Part shown: positions 17,870 to 27,144 of the stretch, in pieces
How positions within the stretch are numbered: the first letter of the stretch is position 1
Layout of the letters: each line of letters begins with the position of its first letter
Assembly (NCBI GenBank): GCA_964012805.1
Contig: CAXGUD010000036.1
Location: 1-36,740 of the forward strand
DNA length: 36,740 nucleotides
Origin: an uncultured Bacteriovoracaceae bacterium
Lineage (GTDB): Bacteria > Bdellovibrionota > Bacteriovoracia > Bacteriovoracales > Bacteriovoracaceae
Direction of reading: 5' to 3'
The notes under the pieces: model-generated
The model's input: the letters and a program-made list of their open reading frames with translations, nothing else
Database searches by the model: none
Told to the model about the DNA's origin: nothing
Program-made: the position numbers and the translations under genes

Positions 17870-19275
17870 AAATCAAAAATACGACCTTTTTGACCACCTT
17901 ATTGCTTTCTGCTTTCCTTATTTTGCCACTTATTCATAGTGATGATTTAAAAGCATCACAATTTATAAAAATGTGCGAAAGCTCTAATTCCCCTAAAGAA
18001 ATAAAAAAGACGATAGGTTATTTAAAAATTATGGTTCAAAAGACTTTTTCTGTTAAAAACACTACGGTTAAAAGCGAGTACCACCTTGCTTATGAATTTC
18101 CCCGCTATGAATTTAGCAAAAAAGAACTCTATGATTACAACAAAGTGGAATCTTTTTTAATAAGAGGTTTCAATGACAAATCAATATCCTGTTCTAAGGT
18201 GAAAGCTAGATTAGATAAACTAACTTCAATGGAAATGGCAACAGTTCCTCCAAATAAAATCGCTATGGACAGGCTTGATAGAAAAACATGGACCATAAAA
18301 GGGATCACAGATATTTCACCACTGGCAGAGTTTACAAAGCTTAAATACCTCCATTTAGGTCAAAATAGTATAAGAAGCCTTGAGCCACTCAAAAATATGA
18401 ATAACCTTATAGTTTTAAAAATCGGTAAGAATGATATTGAAGATGTTTCCCCATTAAAAAATTTAAACAATCTTCGAGTATTAGAAATTTTTGAAAATAT
18501 GGTAGAGGATATTTCACCACTTAAAAACTTAAAAAAGCTCGAATATTTAAGTCTTTTTTCAAACTTTATCGGAGAGAGAATCAAACATTCTAAAATGACT
18601 AAAAAACAGCGAAGAAATCAACAAATAAAGAACTTAGAAACCATTAACTCTCTTTCTAATCTTAAATATTTAGGAGCTAGTGGTAATGGTTTTACAACAA
18701 TTGATGAACTAAAAGATGGAAGGAACCTGCTTTATCTTAACCTTTCAAACAACTTAATTGAAAAGATTGATAACCTAACTAAAATGAGAAGGCTCAAATA
18801 CCTCGTTCTAAAAAAGAATAAAATTATAGACATTGATTCTTTAAGAAACCTAACAAATCTTGTTTCACTAAAACTATCAGGAGACAAGAACCTTATAAAA
18901 TGCTGGGCTCCATTGGCCCCACTGGGAAAAATAACAAAAACGGCTTACTTTTCTATAAACCATAAAATTGGAGGTGAAGCGAATAAAAAAATTGATGGCC
19001 TCTCAAAAGGAGAAGAATATACTTGTATCAAATGTGGAAAAAAAGGCTCAATAAGGTCTCCTCTCATCAGGAGACACTGCCGGGGACTGGGTAAATACAG
19101 TCAATACTTCTGTGAAGAGAGGCCATTTAGCTTTTGTATCCAAAGAAACTGTAATTCCTTTTGTAATAAGTTACCAAGAAATAAAAAAGGAAAATGCAGA
19201 AAAGATTGTCGAACAAACGTTAAAGGCTCTGTTTTTAAAAAATGTAAAACTAGTTTTAAGAGAAGCTGTCGTTAA
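17866..19275 (+). CDS. Secreted internalin-type leucine-rich repeat protein with Cys-rich basic C-terminus
   Basis: Signal peptide; about 8 LRRs of 22 aa (LxxLxLxxNxIxDIxPLxxL); ATGA overlap with the glutaminase stop. Confidence 0.88.
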   Translation: MKIKNTTFLTTLLLSAFLILPLIHSDDLKASQFIKMCESSNSPKEIKKTIGYLKIMVQKTFSVKNTTVKSEYHLAYEFPRYEFSKKELYDYNKVESFLIRGFNDKSISCSKVKARLDKLTSMEMATVPPNKIAMDRLDRKTWTIKGITDISPLAEFTKLKYLHLGQNSIRSLEPLKNMNNLIVLKIGKNDIEDVSPLKNLNNLRVLEIFENMVEDISPLKNLKKLEYLSLFSNFIGERIKHSKMTKKQRRNQQIKNLETINSLSNLKYLGASGNGFTTIDELKDGRNLLYLNLSNNLIEKIDNLTKMRRLKYLVLKKNKIIDIDSLRNLTNLVSLKLSGDKNLIKCWAPLAPLGKITKTAYFSINHKIGGEANKKIDGLSKGEEYTCIKCGKKGSIRSPLIRRHCRGLGKYSQYFCEERPFSFCIQRNCNSFCNKLPRNKKGKCRKDCRTNVKGSVFKKCKTSFKRSCR

Positions 19276-19416
19276 AATTTGCCTTTAACTTTAGAAGCTC
19301 ACTCAAAGTATCAACATTTTTTTTGAAGCTTGTTTACATTGTCCAAAAAGGATTGCAGATTTTTTCCAAAATAAGTTTACCGATAATACCTAAACTTAAT
19401 AGTTAAAGGATGCTCA

Positions 19417-19946
19417 ATGGACTTTAACAAAGTACTAAAACCAAAAAAGTGGTTATTCCTTCTCTCTTTTACTTTATTTTTTTTTCGATGGATTCTCAGA
19501 CAATGTCTTGAATACAATAGAAGAAGCAAAAAAGAGGAAGCGAACTTAAAAAGACGTTGCCCCATGCACTTAACGGCTGGATTGAAAAAGAATCAAAGCT
19601 TCAGACAGTTGGTCAAAAATTATTTGGTGGTGGTCTGACAGTTTATAAAAAATACAATAAAGGTCGATCTCAAATAAAAATTTCTCTTATTACAGACTCT
19701 CCAGTTGTTCAGAAATACTTAGAAATGTTTTCAGGAGCTTTCTTAAATAACAGTGAAGAAGAACTTATTAGAGAAAACAGAAACAAAAAAGGTAAATTAA
19801 AATTCCACCCTGCAAGGAAAAAAGGTAATATTTTTTCCATTATCGACAACCGATATCTTTTAAAATTTGAAGATAGGAGAATAAAGAAAAGCGACCTCTT
19901 GGCTTACTTTAAGGCCAATGATTTTAAAAAGTTTAAATCTCTTTAG
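19417..19946 (+). pseudogene. Frameshifted remnant of a secreted hypothetical protein
   Basis: Signal-peptide-like start (19417) ends in T9 (19477-19485); the next frame reads FDGFSDNVLNTIEEAKK; a third frame continues RGSELKKTLPHALNGW...LFGGGLT...ITDSP to the stop at 19946. Confidence 0.6.
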
Positions 19947-22939
19947 ATCGACTGACTTTCAATCAGTTCCCGTTCAGTGACCTCACTAATCAATAGGCTT
20001 GCAACTTGTAAATTATCACTTTTTCCTTCAGCTTTACTGAGAGCTTCATTTATTAATTCCAACTTCATAGTTTTAGTTTCAAGAAAATACGCAATCATCT
20101 GTAAGTCCTTATTTTCGACTGCATACATAAGTGGAAGCCCCTTCGCTTTGTTCAAATCGGCTCCATTTTCAACAAGCATTTTCGTAATTTCGAAACGCTT
20201 TTTCATAGTGGCATAACAAAGAGGAGACTCCCTTTCCACTCTACTTCTGTGTATATTGATTCCCTTTTCAATAAGAGTTTCCATTATCTCTACAAAGTTC
20301 ATTTCAATAACCCAAAAAATAAGCTCTCTGCTTTCTAACCAATCAACATAATCAATGCTTTCAATCACAACCTTGACTACGTCAAATTTGTTTCTTCTAA
20401 TCGAAGCATCTAAAGATCTAGATACAAATTTATCTGAAATTAAATTCCACTCAATAAAGTACTTTATACACTCCCTAAAACCTATCCTGGTTGAAAAGCT
20501 AAATAAATCTGGAGCATGATTCGTGAAATTAAAAAGTTCATTCGGTTCTTGCCCGTAGAAAGCACCTCTTTTGTAAAAATGTGAAATACTATTTCCTAAA
20601 CGATCACATATAAGAGAAACCATATCAAACTCACCTTTTACCTTATTAAGATAAAAGTCTTCTTTCTCTTTATGATAACGGTGTAACTTTAAGTATACTT
20701 CCTTCCAAGACTGTACATTATACTTTTCTTTTAATTCAGGAAGCTTCCAATAGAGCCTTAACTTTTTTTCATTTTTCTGATTCATTAATTCATCAAAAAC
20801 CAATTGACCCACAAGCTTATGGTAGAGGTAAAGGGAAAGGCACAAAATATGGGGATTATGTTCTACATTAGTCAAAAGCTTTTTTTGATTATCTTTTGCT
20901 ACTTCAAAGCTATATGCTTCCTTTTCAATTTTCGTTCCATCAGACTCAAATGTATAACCTTTATCCTTTTTGTTTGATTTTACCTCTTCATTTGAACTTT
21001 TTTCAACAACTTGACTTAACTCAACATCATCAGTCATTTTTGAGCTTTCTTGACTATCTTCTCCTGTTAACCTCACATCTGAAATAATCTCTACTCCCAA
21101 AGGAAAGGCATGCTTTATTTCAGAAAATGTTTTTTCATAATCAATAGAAAAGCTCAAAATGTAAGTTACTTCTACCCGGTTTTGACTGGGAAAATAATTA
21201 AACCAAGAAGAGGAAGTCCCAGAGTAAATTAGTTTCCAATTTTTATCTGAATAAATCCAATCCATAGGATTCGTGTCTGAAGGGAAATTCACTGAGAAAG
21301 CAAACAGATTATTGGAACAACCCATTTTCAAAATCAACTTCTCTTCATTTTTTCCCTTATTTTTTTCAAAGATAAGTCTTAGTATATTTTTTGAAGCGAA
21401 GTTAATTTTCAATCCAAATTCTGTAATTTTTTCGTCTCCAAATTCCTTGATTTGATTATAAAGGATATCAAATCCCCTTCCGGAAAAACCTCTTAAAAAC
21501 GGTGTCTCTTTTTTTAATATAGGAGTCTTAGGTGGAAAAAGTGCTTGAATTCCTGAATAATGAGACTGAGCACTCATTGTTATGAGTGAATCCATTAGAA
21601 GGCTACCTTTATCACTTGGAATTTGAAATGTTGGTATTCTTGAAATTGGATAGTTGCCTTTTTTATCAAAATATAAAATTCTTATTTTTCCTGAATTCAC
21701 TTTATCTAAGAAATCTTTTGGCAATTCTTCTGGTAAAAAGATAAGCCAATTATGAGGAACTACAAAGCTATTTATTTTTTGATCATCTTTTTTTAATGCT
21801 TCCGTTATCCAGTTACCTTTTTCAACGACCCACTTATTTACAATGGCCTCTGATTTAACATCCATTTGGGAGACAAGCTCTCTAATATTAAAGCCGTGGC
21901 CCATAATTGAGCTTTTAGCGATCCAAATATTGTTTACTTTATTCGCGGTCATCTTATTAGTTTGAACAAACTCAATAGTATCTTTTTTAAAGCTCTTCTT
22001 AGGGATTGTTAAAATATCAAAAACGGTGACTTGTTCATCCTTTTTTAAACTTATAACTTCACTTTTTTTCCCTTCCATCTCAATGACATAACCACCCAAA
22101 GGCTTAGCGTTCGCTACATTTGGAAGAGACTTTACATAATCAAAAGCGAGAGAGCATAAGCACAACATCTCTACTTCTTTTTTTTCTCTAAAAAAGTTGA
22201 ACCAACATGCTGAAACCTGATGAGATAAAATACTCCACTCTGGACAATTTTCCATAAAAACAAGTGGATTTACAGAAGTTGTCCTCCACCTTAAACCTAA
22301 AACCAGTAGATTAGAGGAAAAACCAACTTTCAGGGAGAAATTCTTTTTTTTGAAAAGCTCCTGCTTATTCACTTCATCAGAAAAGTAGCTAAAAAGGGAC
22401 TTTATCCTATTTCTATGTTGGGCAAGCTCGGGGCTTATCTTTTTTAAACCAAAAAAAATAGCGCTAAAGTAATCAAGGAGGCCGCTTGGGTTAGGTATTT
22501 CTTTAACGTGAAGGAGCTCTGTTCCTCTTTCCAAGAGGGACAAAGGCCCTATTGAAGATGGATTGGATATATATTCAAGCATTGATTCTAAAATAAATGT
22601 TCCTCTGTCTGTAGGAATTCCCAAAGCTGGTATCTTTGGTTTTTCTAATTGGGAGCGGTCATTGAAATAGATAATATGTGCTTTTCCCGCTCTTACAGAG
22701 TTTGTAATGAATTCACTCATTACAAAATCTTTACTTACGAGAACATCATAAGGAATAATATAGGTATGGATTTCACCTATTCTTGGTTGATTTAAATCAC
22801 CCTTTAGGTCGTTGCCGTAGCACTCCCAATCGACAACTTGGTTATCCTTATTAGAGCGTAAAAAAGATTTTATATTATTGTATTCGATCTCATGACCAAG
22901 AATAGACTTCTTATCAAAAAATATAATGTGGTTTTTCAT
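19943..22939 (-). CDS. 998-aa hypothetical protein: duplicated N-terminal module plus C-terminal ankyrin repeats
   Basis: Ankyrins SPLCYATMKKRFEITKMLVENGADLN and LPLMYAVENKDLQMIAYFLE; internal duplication described in findings. Confidence 0.85.
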   Translation of the reverse strand: MKNHIIFFDKKSILGHEIEYNNIKSFLRSNKDNQVVDWECYGNDLKGDLNQPRIGEIHTYIIPYDVLVSKDFVMSEFITNSVRAGKAHIIYFNDRSQLEKPKIPALGIPTDRGTFILESMLEYISNPSSIGPLSLLERGTELLHVKEIPNPSGLLDYFSAIFFGLKKISPELAQHRNRIKSLFSYFSDEVNKQELFKKKNFSLKVGFSSNLLVLGLRWRTTSVNPLVFMENCPEWSILSHQVSACWFNFFREKKEVEMLCLCSLAFDYVKSLPNVANAKPLGGYVIEMEGKKSEVISLKKDEQVTVFDILTIPKKSFKKDTIEFVQTNKMTANKVNNIWIAKSSIMGHGFNIRELVSQMDVKSEAIVNKWVVEKGNWITEALKKDDQKINSFVVPHNWLIFLPEELPKDFLDKVNSGKIRILYFDKKGNYPISRIPTFQIPSDKGSLLMDSLITMSAQSHYSGIQALFPPKTPILKKETPFLRGFSGRGFDILYNQIKEFGDEKITEFGLKINFASKNILRLIFEKNKGKNEEKLILKMGCSNNLFAFSVNFPSDTNPMDWIYSDKNWKLIYSGTSSSWFNYFPSQNRVEVTYILSFSIDYEKTFSEIKHAFPLGVEIISDVRLTGEDSQESSKMTDDVELSQVVEKSSNEEVKSNKKDKGYTFESDGTKIEKEAYSFEVAKDNQKKLLTNVEHNPHILCLSLYLYHKLVGQLVFDELMNQKNEKKLRLYWKLPELKEKYNVQSWKEVYLKLHRYHKEKEDFYLNKVKGEFDMVSLICDRLGNSISHFYKRGAFYGQEPNELFNFTNHAPDLFSFSTRIGFRECIKYFIEWNLISDKFVSRSLDASIRRNKFDVVKVVIESIDYVDWLESRELIFWVIEMNFVEIMETLIEKGINIHRSRVERESPLCYATMKKRFEITKMLVENGADLNKAKGLPLMYAVENKDLQMIAYFLETKTMKLELINEALSKAEGKSDNLQVASLLISEVTERELIESQSI

Positions 22940-23071
22940 TACACAATTTTTAGTATACCGCTCTTCTTTAAAATAAGATTGTATCCTAAATAGTCTCCAA
23001 GAAGGGACTTTTTTTAGGTTTTTACCGATTAAGTGAAAAGTGGAAATGTACTTGAGAATAAGACACCATTA

Positions 23072-23587
23072 TTAAAAAATCTCACAGACTTCCTCTAAGG
23101 CCAAGGGTAAGCTTTTCCTTAGGGCCAAGAGGTCATCTACTTTCATTTCAACAACTCTTATTTTTTTCTTGTTTTCATCCTTAAAATCTGGAAATCCCCA
23201 GTTAATAATGGCCCTAACTTCTATTTTCCCATCTAGCTCTTCAGAAAGAAAAGATAAATCAACAAAAAGTTCATAAAGAACACAAGGGTTATCTTTTTTA
23301 GGAATGGTCTTGGCCAAATGTAAGATGCCTTTTCTGGCTTCTTCATCACTACACTTAAGCGCATCTGCCATTTTATAATCCAAAGAACGTGAAAAAAGTA
23401 GGTCCAGCTTCTCATCTTGATACTTTTGGACTTCTACATCTCCAGAGTCTCTTGTCTGCAAATAGCGATAAGAAAAACTATCTAAAACCTGAACAATAAA
23501 AGATTCCAAACCTTCTCTGTCACTTAATTGAGCAACAGCTTTTTCGTTAACCTCACACTGTAAAGTCTCTTTATCATCTTTAGACAT
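23072..23587 (-). CDS. Acidic hypothetical protein
   Basis: 171-aa ORF starting 3 nt after the pgi stop; no motif recognised. Confidence 0.75.
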   Translation of the reverse strand: MSKDDKETLQCEVNEKAVAQLSDREGLESFIVQVLDSFSYRYLQTRDSGDVEVQKYQDEKLDLLFSRSLDYKMADALKCSDEEARKGILHLAKTIPKKDNPCVLYELFVDLSFLSEELDGKIEVRAIINWGFPDFKDENKKKIRVVEMKVDDLLALRKSLPLALEEVCEIF

Positions 23588-23590
23588 CTG

Positions 23591-24910
23591 TTAAACCTTT
23601 ATCAAAGTAGTAGTTTTTTTCTTTTCCCTTTTTGTTTCCAAAAAATCAAAAGAAAACTTTTTCCCTAGTTCAACACCTGGTTGATCAAAAGGGTTAACTT
23701 CTAAAAGCAGTCCCATAAAAACAGTGAGAGACTGAAAAAATAAAATCATTGCACCCAAAGTTTCTTCATTTAATGAAGGTATGGTAATACGGATATAAGG
23801 ACGACCTTCTTCATCAAGTCCTTTAAGAGTTCCACGAAACTCAGCATCCATCAAATCAGATAAAGAGTGAGGGTTTAATTTAGAAAAAGGCTTTTCTTCA
23901 AAAGGGCTTTTGAGTTTGAAGTCGTGCTGGAAGGACTCAACCTCTACAAATAAGATGCACTTATCCCTAGGACCTTCCATAAATAGCTGGAGCTGTGAAT
24001 GTTGGTCAGTTGCTCCATAAGCAGGTATGGGCGTCAATCCCTCATGTACGTTTTTCTGTGAAGAGCTATTCTTCTTTCCCAGGCTTTCGGCCCATAGTTG
24101 AACAAACCAAGAAGATAGTAATTTTAATTTAGAAGAATAGGGCATAAAAACAGTTTGATTAATCTTCTTTAACTCTTTTAGATTCTTTAAATAAAAGGCG
24201 CTCCTAAAAAGATCGTTATCTCCAAGTTCTTCATTTAAAAGAGCTTCTTTTACCTTACTTGCCCCAAGACAAAGTAAATCAATATCAATGCCCACAAACA
24301 AAGCAGGTAAGTAAGACACTGGAGTAAAAGCGCTAAAACGGCCCCCAATGTTAGGAGGAATCGTTAGAGAGTCCAACTTATGACGTTTAATAATTTTCCT
24401 AAGAGCACCACTTTCAGGGTCAGTCGCGCAAACAATAGATTCTTTCCATTCTTCTTCATGGACTCCTTCAAGCTTTAATTGATCTAAAACAAGAGAAAAT
24501 ACCGCCAAAGTTTCTGCTGTTCCACCCGACTTTGAAACAAAATAAAATAAAGTTTCTTTCAATTGGATAGACTTAAGAATGTCATAGACTTGCTCAGGGT
24601 CTATATTATCAAGAAAAAAGATCTTCTTCTTTTTATCCCTAAGGCCTAGGGCTTCAACTAAAGTCGAGGAACCCAAAGAACTCCCCCCAATGCCAACTTG
24701 AACAAAGTACTTCTTATGCTTAAATTTCTCAAAAACCTTTTTTGAGTCTTCTCTTAATTCTTTATTTTCATTAGCGTGAAAAAAACCTATTTTTTCAGAA
24801 CCAATTGTTTCCTTAAATAAACGCCAGGCTTCATTTGCTTTATTGCTTTCTTCCTCACAAGAAAAACCAGTAGGTCTAAAAGAAGATGAGAAACTTACGC
24901 TAAAGGCCAT
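23591..24910 (-). CDS. pgi: Glucose-6-phosphate isomerase
   Basis: GIGGSSLG, SKSGGTAET, IGGRFS, QLWAESLGK, DQHSQLQ, NPFDQPGVELGK. ATG at 24910 after GAGGTG is preferred over the track start at 24997. Confidence 0.95.
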   Translation of the reverse strand: MAFSVSFSSSFRPTGFSCEEESNKANEAWRLFKETIGSEKIGFFHANENKELREDSKKVFEKFKHKKYFVQVGIGGSSLGSSTLVEALGLRDKKKKIFFLDNIDPEQVYDILKSIQLKETLFYFVSKSGGTAETLAVFSLVLDQLKLEGVHEEEWKESIVCATDPESGALRKIIKRHKLDSLTIPPNIGGRFSAFTPVSYLPALFVGIDIDLLCLGASKVKEALLNEELGDNDLFRSAFYLKNLKELKKINQTVFMPYSSKLKLLSSWFVQLWAESLGKKNSSSQKNVHEGLTPIPAYGATDQHSQLQLFMEGPRDKCILFVEVESFQHDFKLKSPFEEKPFSKLNPHSLSDLMDAEFRGTLKGLDEEGRPYIRITIPSLNEETLGAMILFFQSLTVFMGLLLEVNPFDQPGVELGKKFSFDFLETKREKKKTTTLIKV

Positions 24911-25136
24911 AACACACCTCGACACATTGTTGGTCTTGAAACCTGCATTATAAACCCAATCAAGCTTAATCCTCCACAGAAAAATAAAAGTCTTCAACCA
25001 TCATAGATCCTGAGGTTCCAAAAACACAATGACAGCTTAGTACCTTTATGCCATTGTGTCTCGAGTGTTAAACGGTTTATCTGTCCTGCGTACCTATTAT
25101 GACTGCAGTTTTAAGGATAGAAAATAAAGTATTAGA

Positions 25137-25502
25137 ATGGAAGATTGTCTTAATAAGATTGGTATAGTTTATAAAAGACCTTGGGGGTATTACAAGACCC
25201 TCATTATGGACCACTCATTTCAGTGTAAGGTTATTTGTGTCCACCCTAAAGGGAAGCTCTCGCTTCAAAAACATTTTCACCGCTCAGAGCATTGGGTTGT
25301 AGTAAAAGGCTCACTTCTTGTTACCAAGGGCAAAAGTGAAACCTTAAAAACCCTTAATGATCATATCTTTATAGAAAAAGAAGAGGTACACCGTATTGAA
25401 AATACGACTGATAGTGATGCGATTATTATAGAAATTCAAGTTGGGGACTACTTAGGTGAAGACGATATTGTCAGGCTTGAAGATATCTATGGTCGCCAGT
25501 AA
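25137..25502 (+). CDS. Stand-alone type II phosphomannose isomerase C-terminal cupin domain
   Basis: RPWGYY, LSLQKHFHRSEHWVVV, HRIEN, EIQVGDYLGEDDIVRLEDIYGR. Confidence 0.92.
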   Translation: MEDCLNKIGIVYKRPWGYYKTLIMDHSFQCKVICVHPKGKLSLQKHFHRSEHWVVVKGSLLVTKGKSETLKTLNDHIFIEKEEVHRIENTTDSDAIIIEIQVGDYLGEDDIVRLEDIYGRQ

Positions 25503-25513
25503 TTTTAAAGAAT

Positions 25514-26080
25514 TTATTTCACAGAAACAAAAACTTCATTCCTTCTATTCCAAGGAAAAGTCCATGGGGAATCATAGCCAGCCGAAATTGACTCATTATT
25601 GACCACATTGATCCCCTTCTTTTTTGTCCACTCTAAAAGCTCTTTTGCCTTTTCTAACCTCTTACTTTTAGGGTTAAGACCGCTATAGCGTAAAACAGCG
25701 ACCTTCCCCAAATGGAAAGTTCCCAACTTAACCTTGGGGTTTAGCGGTTTAGGTAACGATTCAAGGGTATAATTCGAAGGCATAAAAAACATCATCCAAC
25801 TCTGCCCTGCCTTACTTTTCATAAAAACAGGAGCCGTCATGGGAATTCTTTTTTCTGATTTATTCCCACCAAAAATATAGCCTGCAAGAGTTCTAAACAA
25901 AGAGTTATCGCTTTCTTTAGTTACGGCACTTGCAACAATCATTTGAGGGTAATAGCGGACTTCAAAAGGGCCATCTTTAAGAATAAGTTTAAAGGGGGGG
26001 TTTTCTTCACTCGCCCCTACCGCTCCCAAAGAAGCCAAAAGGATTAAGATAAGGTATAAGGCAATGTTTTTAGGTTGCAT
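25514..26080 (-). CDS. SOUL heme-binding family protein (exported)
   Basis: FEVRYYP, FRTLAGYIFGGN, IPMTAPV, YDSPWTFPWNRRNEV; signal peptide. Confidence 0.9.
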   Translation of the reverse strand: MQPKNIALYLILILLASLGAVGASEENPPFKLILKDGPFEVRYYPQMIVASAVTKESDNSLFRTLAGYIFGGNKSEKRIPMTAPVFMKSKAGQSWMMFFMPSNYTLESLPKPLNPKVKLGTFHLGKVAVLRYSGLNPKSKRLEKAKELLEWTKKKGINVVNNESISAGYDSPWTFPWNRRNEVFVSVK

Positions 26081-26210
26081 TCTCTTTTGCCCTCCTGTTA
26101 AAACATTTTATCACTGAATTAAAAGGTTTGGACGAAGTCTTTCCCTAAACCCGCTAAGACAAAGGCTAGACGACTTTTATTTAACTTATTGAAATTATTA
26201 GGATTAATGA

Positions 26211-26570
26211 ATGATTGCTCACAATGATGAAGAGAATGAAGTTGTGTATAGCATTGACGGCTCAGGGAAAAATCTCATCAATAAAAAGGGAAAAAAGGAC
26301 AAAAAGTTAAAGCATTCCTTTCCTGAAGTTAACCCTTCTGAGGTCTGCTTAAAGCTTAGGATTGAAAAAAAAGGCCGTGGAGGGAAAGCTGTCACAGTCA
26401 TAGACGAAATTCCTAATAATCCTCCCTTTTTCAAAAAGCTCTTAAAAGAGCTTAAAAACTTCTGTGGCACAGGAGGAAGCCAAAAAGAATCTACGCTTGA
26501 AATCCAAGGTGATCAAAGAAACAAAGTAAGGGACTTTCTAATAAAAAAGGGCTTTAAAACAAAAGGGTGA
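26211..26570 (+). CDS. yciH: SUI1/eIF1-like translation initiation factor
   Basis: EKKGRGGKAVT, LKNFCGTGGS, IQGDQR. Confidence 0.9.
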   Translation: MIAHNDEENEVVYSIDGSGKNLINKKGKKDKKLKHSFPEVNPSEVCLKLRIEKKGRGGKAVTVIDEIPNNPPFFKKLLKELKNFCGTGGSQKESTLEIQGDQRNKVRDFLIKKGFKTKG

Positions 26571-26577
26571 GAGACCT

Positions 26578-26949
26578 TTAACCAAATACACTCCTTAAGG
26601 TAACCACAATACTATTTTCGGTAACTGGCTTCATGATATAGCGGGCCTTAATACCGAGGTTTTTTATCTCCTTTTTAACAGCTGAAGCTGTCTCTGTCGT
26701 ACAAAAGACAAAAGGAATATCTTTTAGGTCTTCTTCGTTATGAATGGCCTGAGCAAAAGCAATTCCATCCATAACAGGCATATTTACATCACAAAATATC
26801 AGGTCAATATCAGAGTTCTCCTTAATTATATCTAAGGCATTAGCACCATCAGATGCTTCTAAAACACTATGACCACCATTTTCTTCTAAGAAATGCCTCA
26901 TCTTGGCACGCACCGCATCTGAATCTTCAACAACAAGTATTTTTGCCAA
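26578..26949 (-). CDS. Single-domain CheY-like response regulator
   Basis: ILVVEDS, CDVNMPVMDG, TTE, KP; TTG start after GGAGGG. Confidence 0.9.
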   Translation of the reverse strand: MAKILVVEDSDAVRAKMRHFLEENGGHSVLEASDGANALDIIKENSDIDLIFCDVNMPVMDGIAFAQAIHNEEDLKDIPFVFCTTETASAVKKEIKNLGIKARYIMKPVTENSIVVTLRSVFG

Positions 26950-27144
26950 AACCTTTTCCCTCCAATTTAGTGAGAAGAGTCAATAAACCCTATTGATAAC
27001 CTACATGATATCACTTACACACCTCTCTTTTCTATCTGCTTCACATTTTGCCATTGACTCCAAGTGTTAAGAACGTTAAATTCGGCTAGTTTAATCAATT
27101 TATTCATAAACCATAATTAGAGATGTAGATTTTGGGGGATTCGT

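Noticed and set aside
19360..19386. ACCGATAA as a sigma-28 -10 box upstream of the pseudogene
   Set aside because: The -35 position at 15-nt spacing reads TTTT, so support is insufficient.
24911..24997. N-terminal extension of pgi in the ORF track
   Set aside because: The GAGGTG RBS supports ATG 24910.
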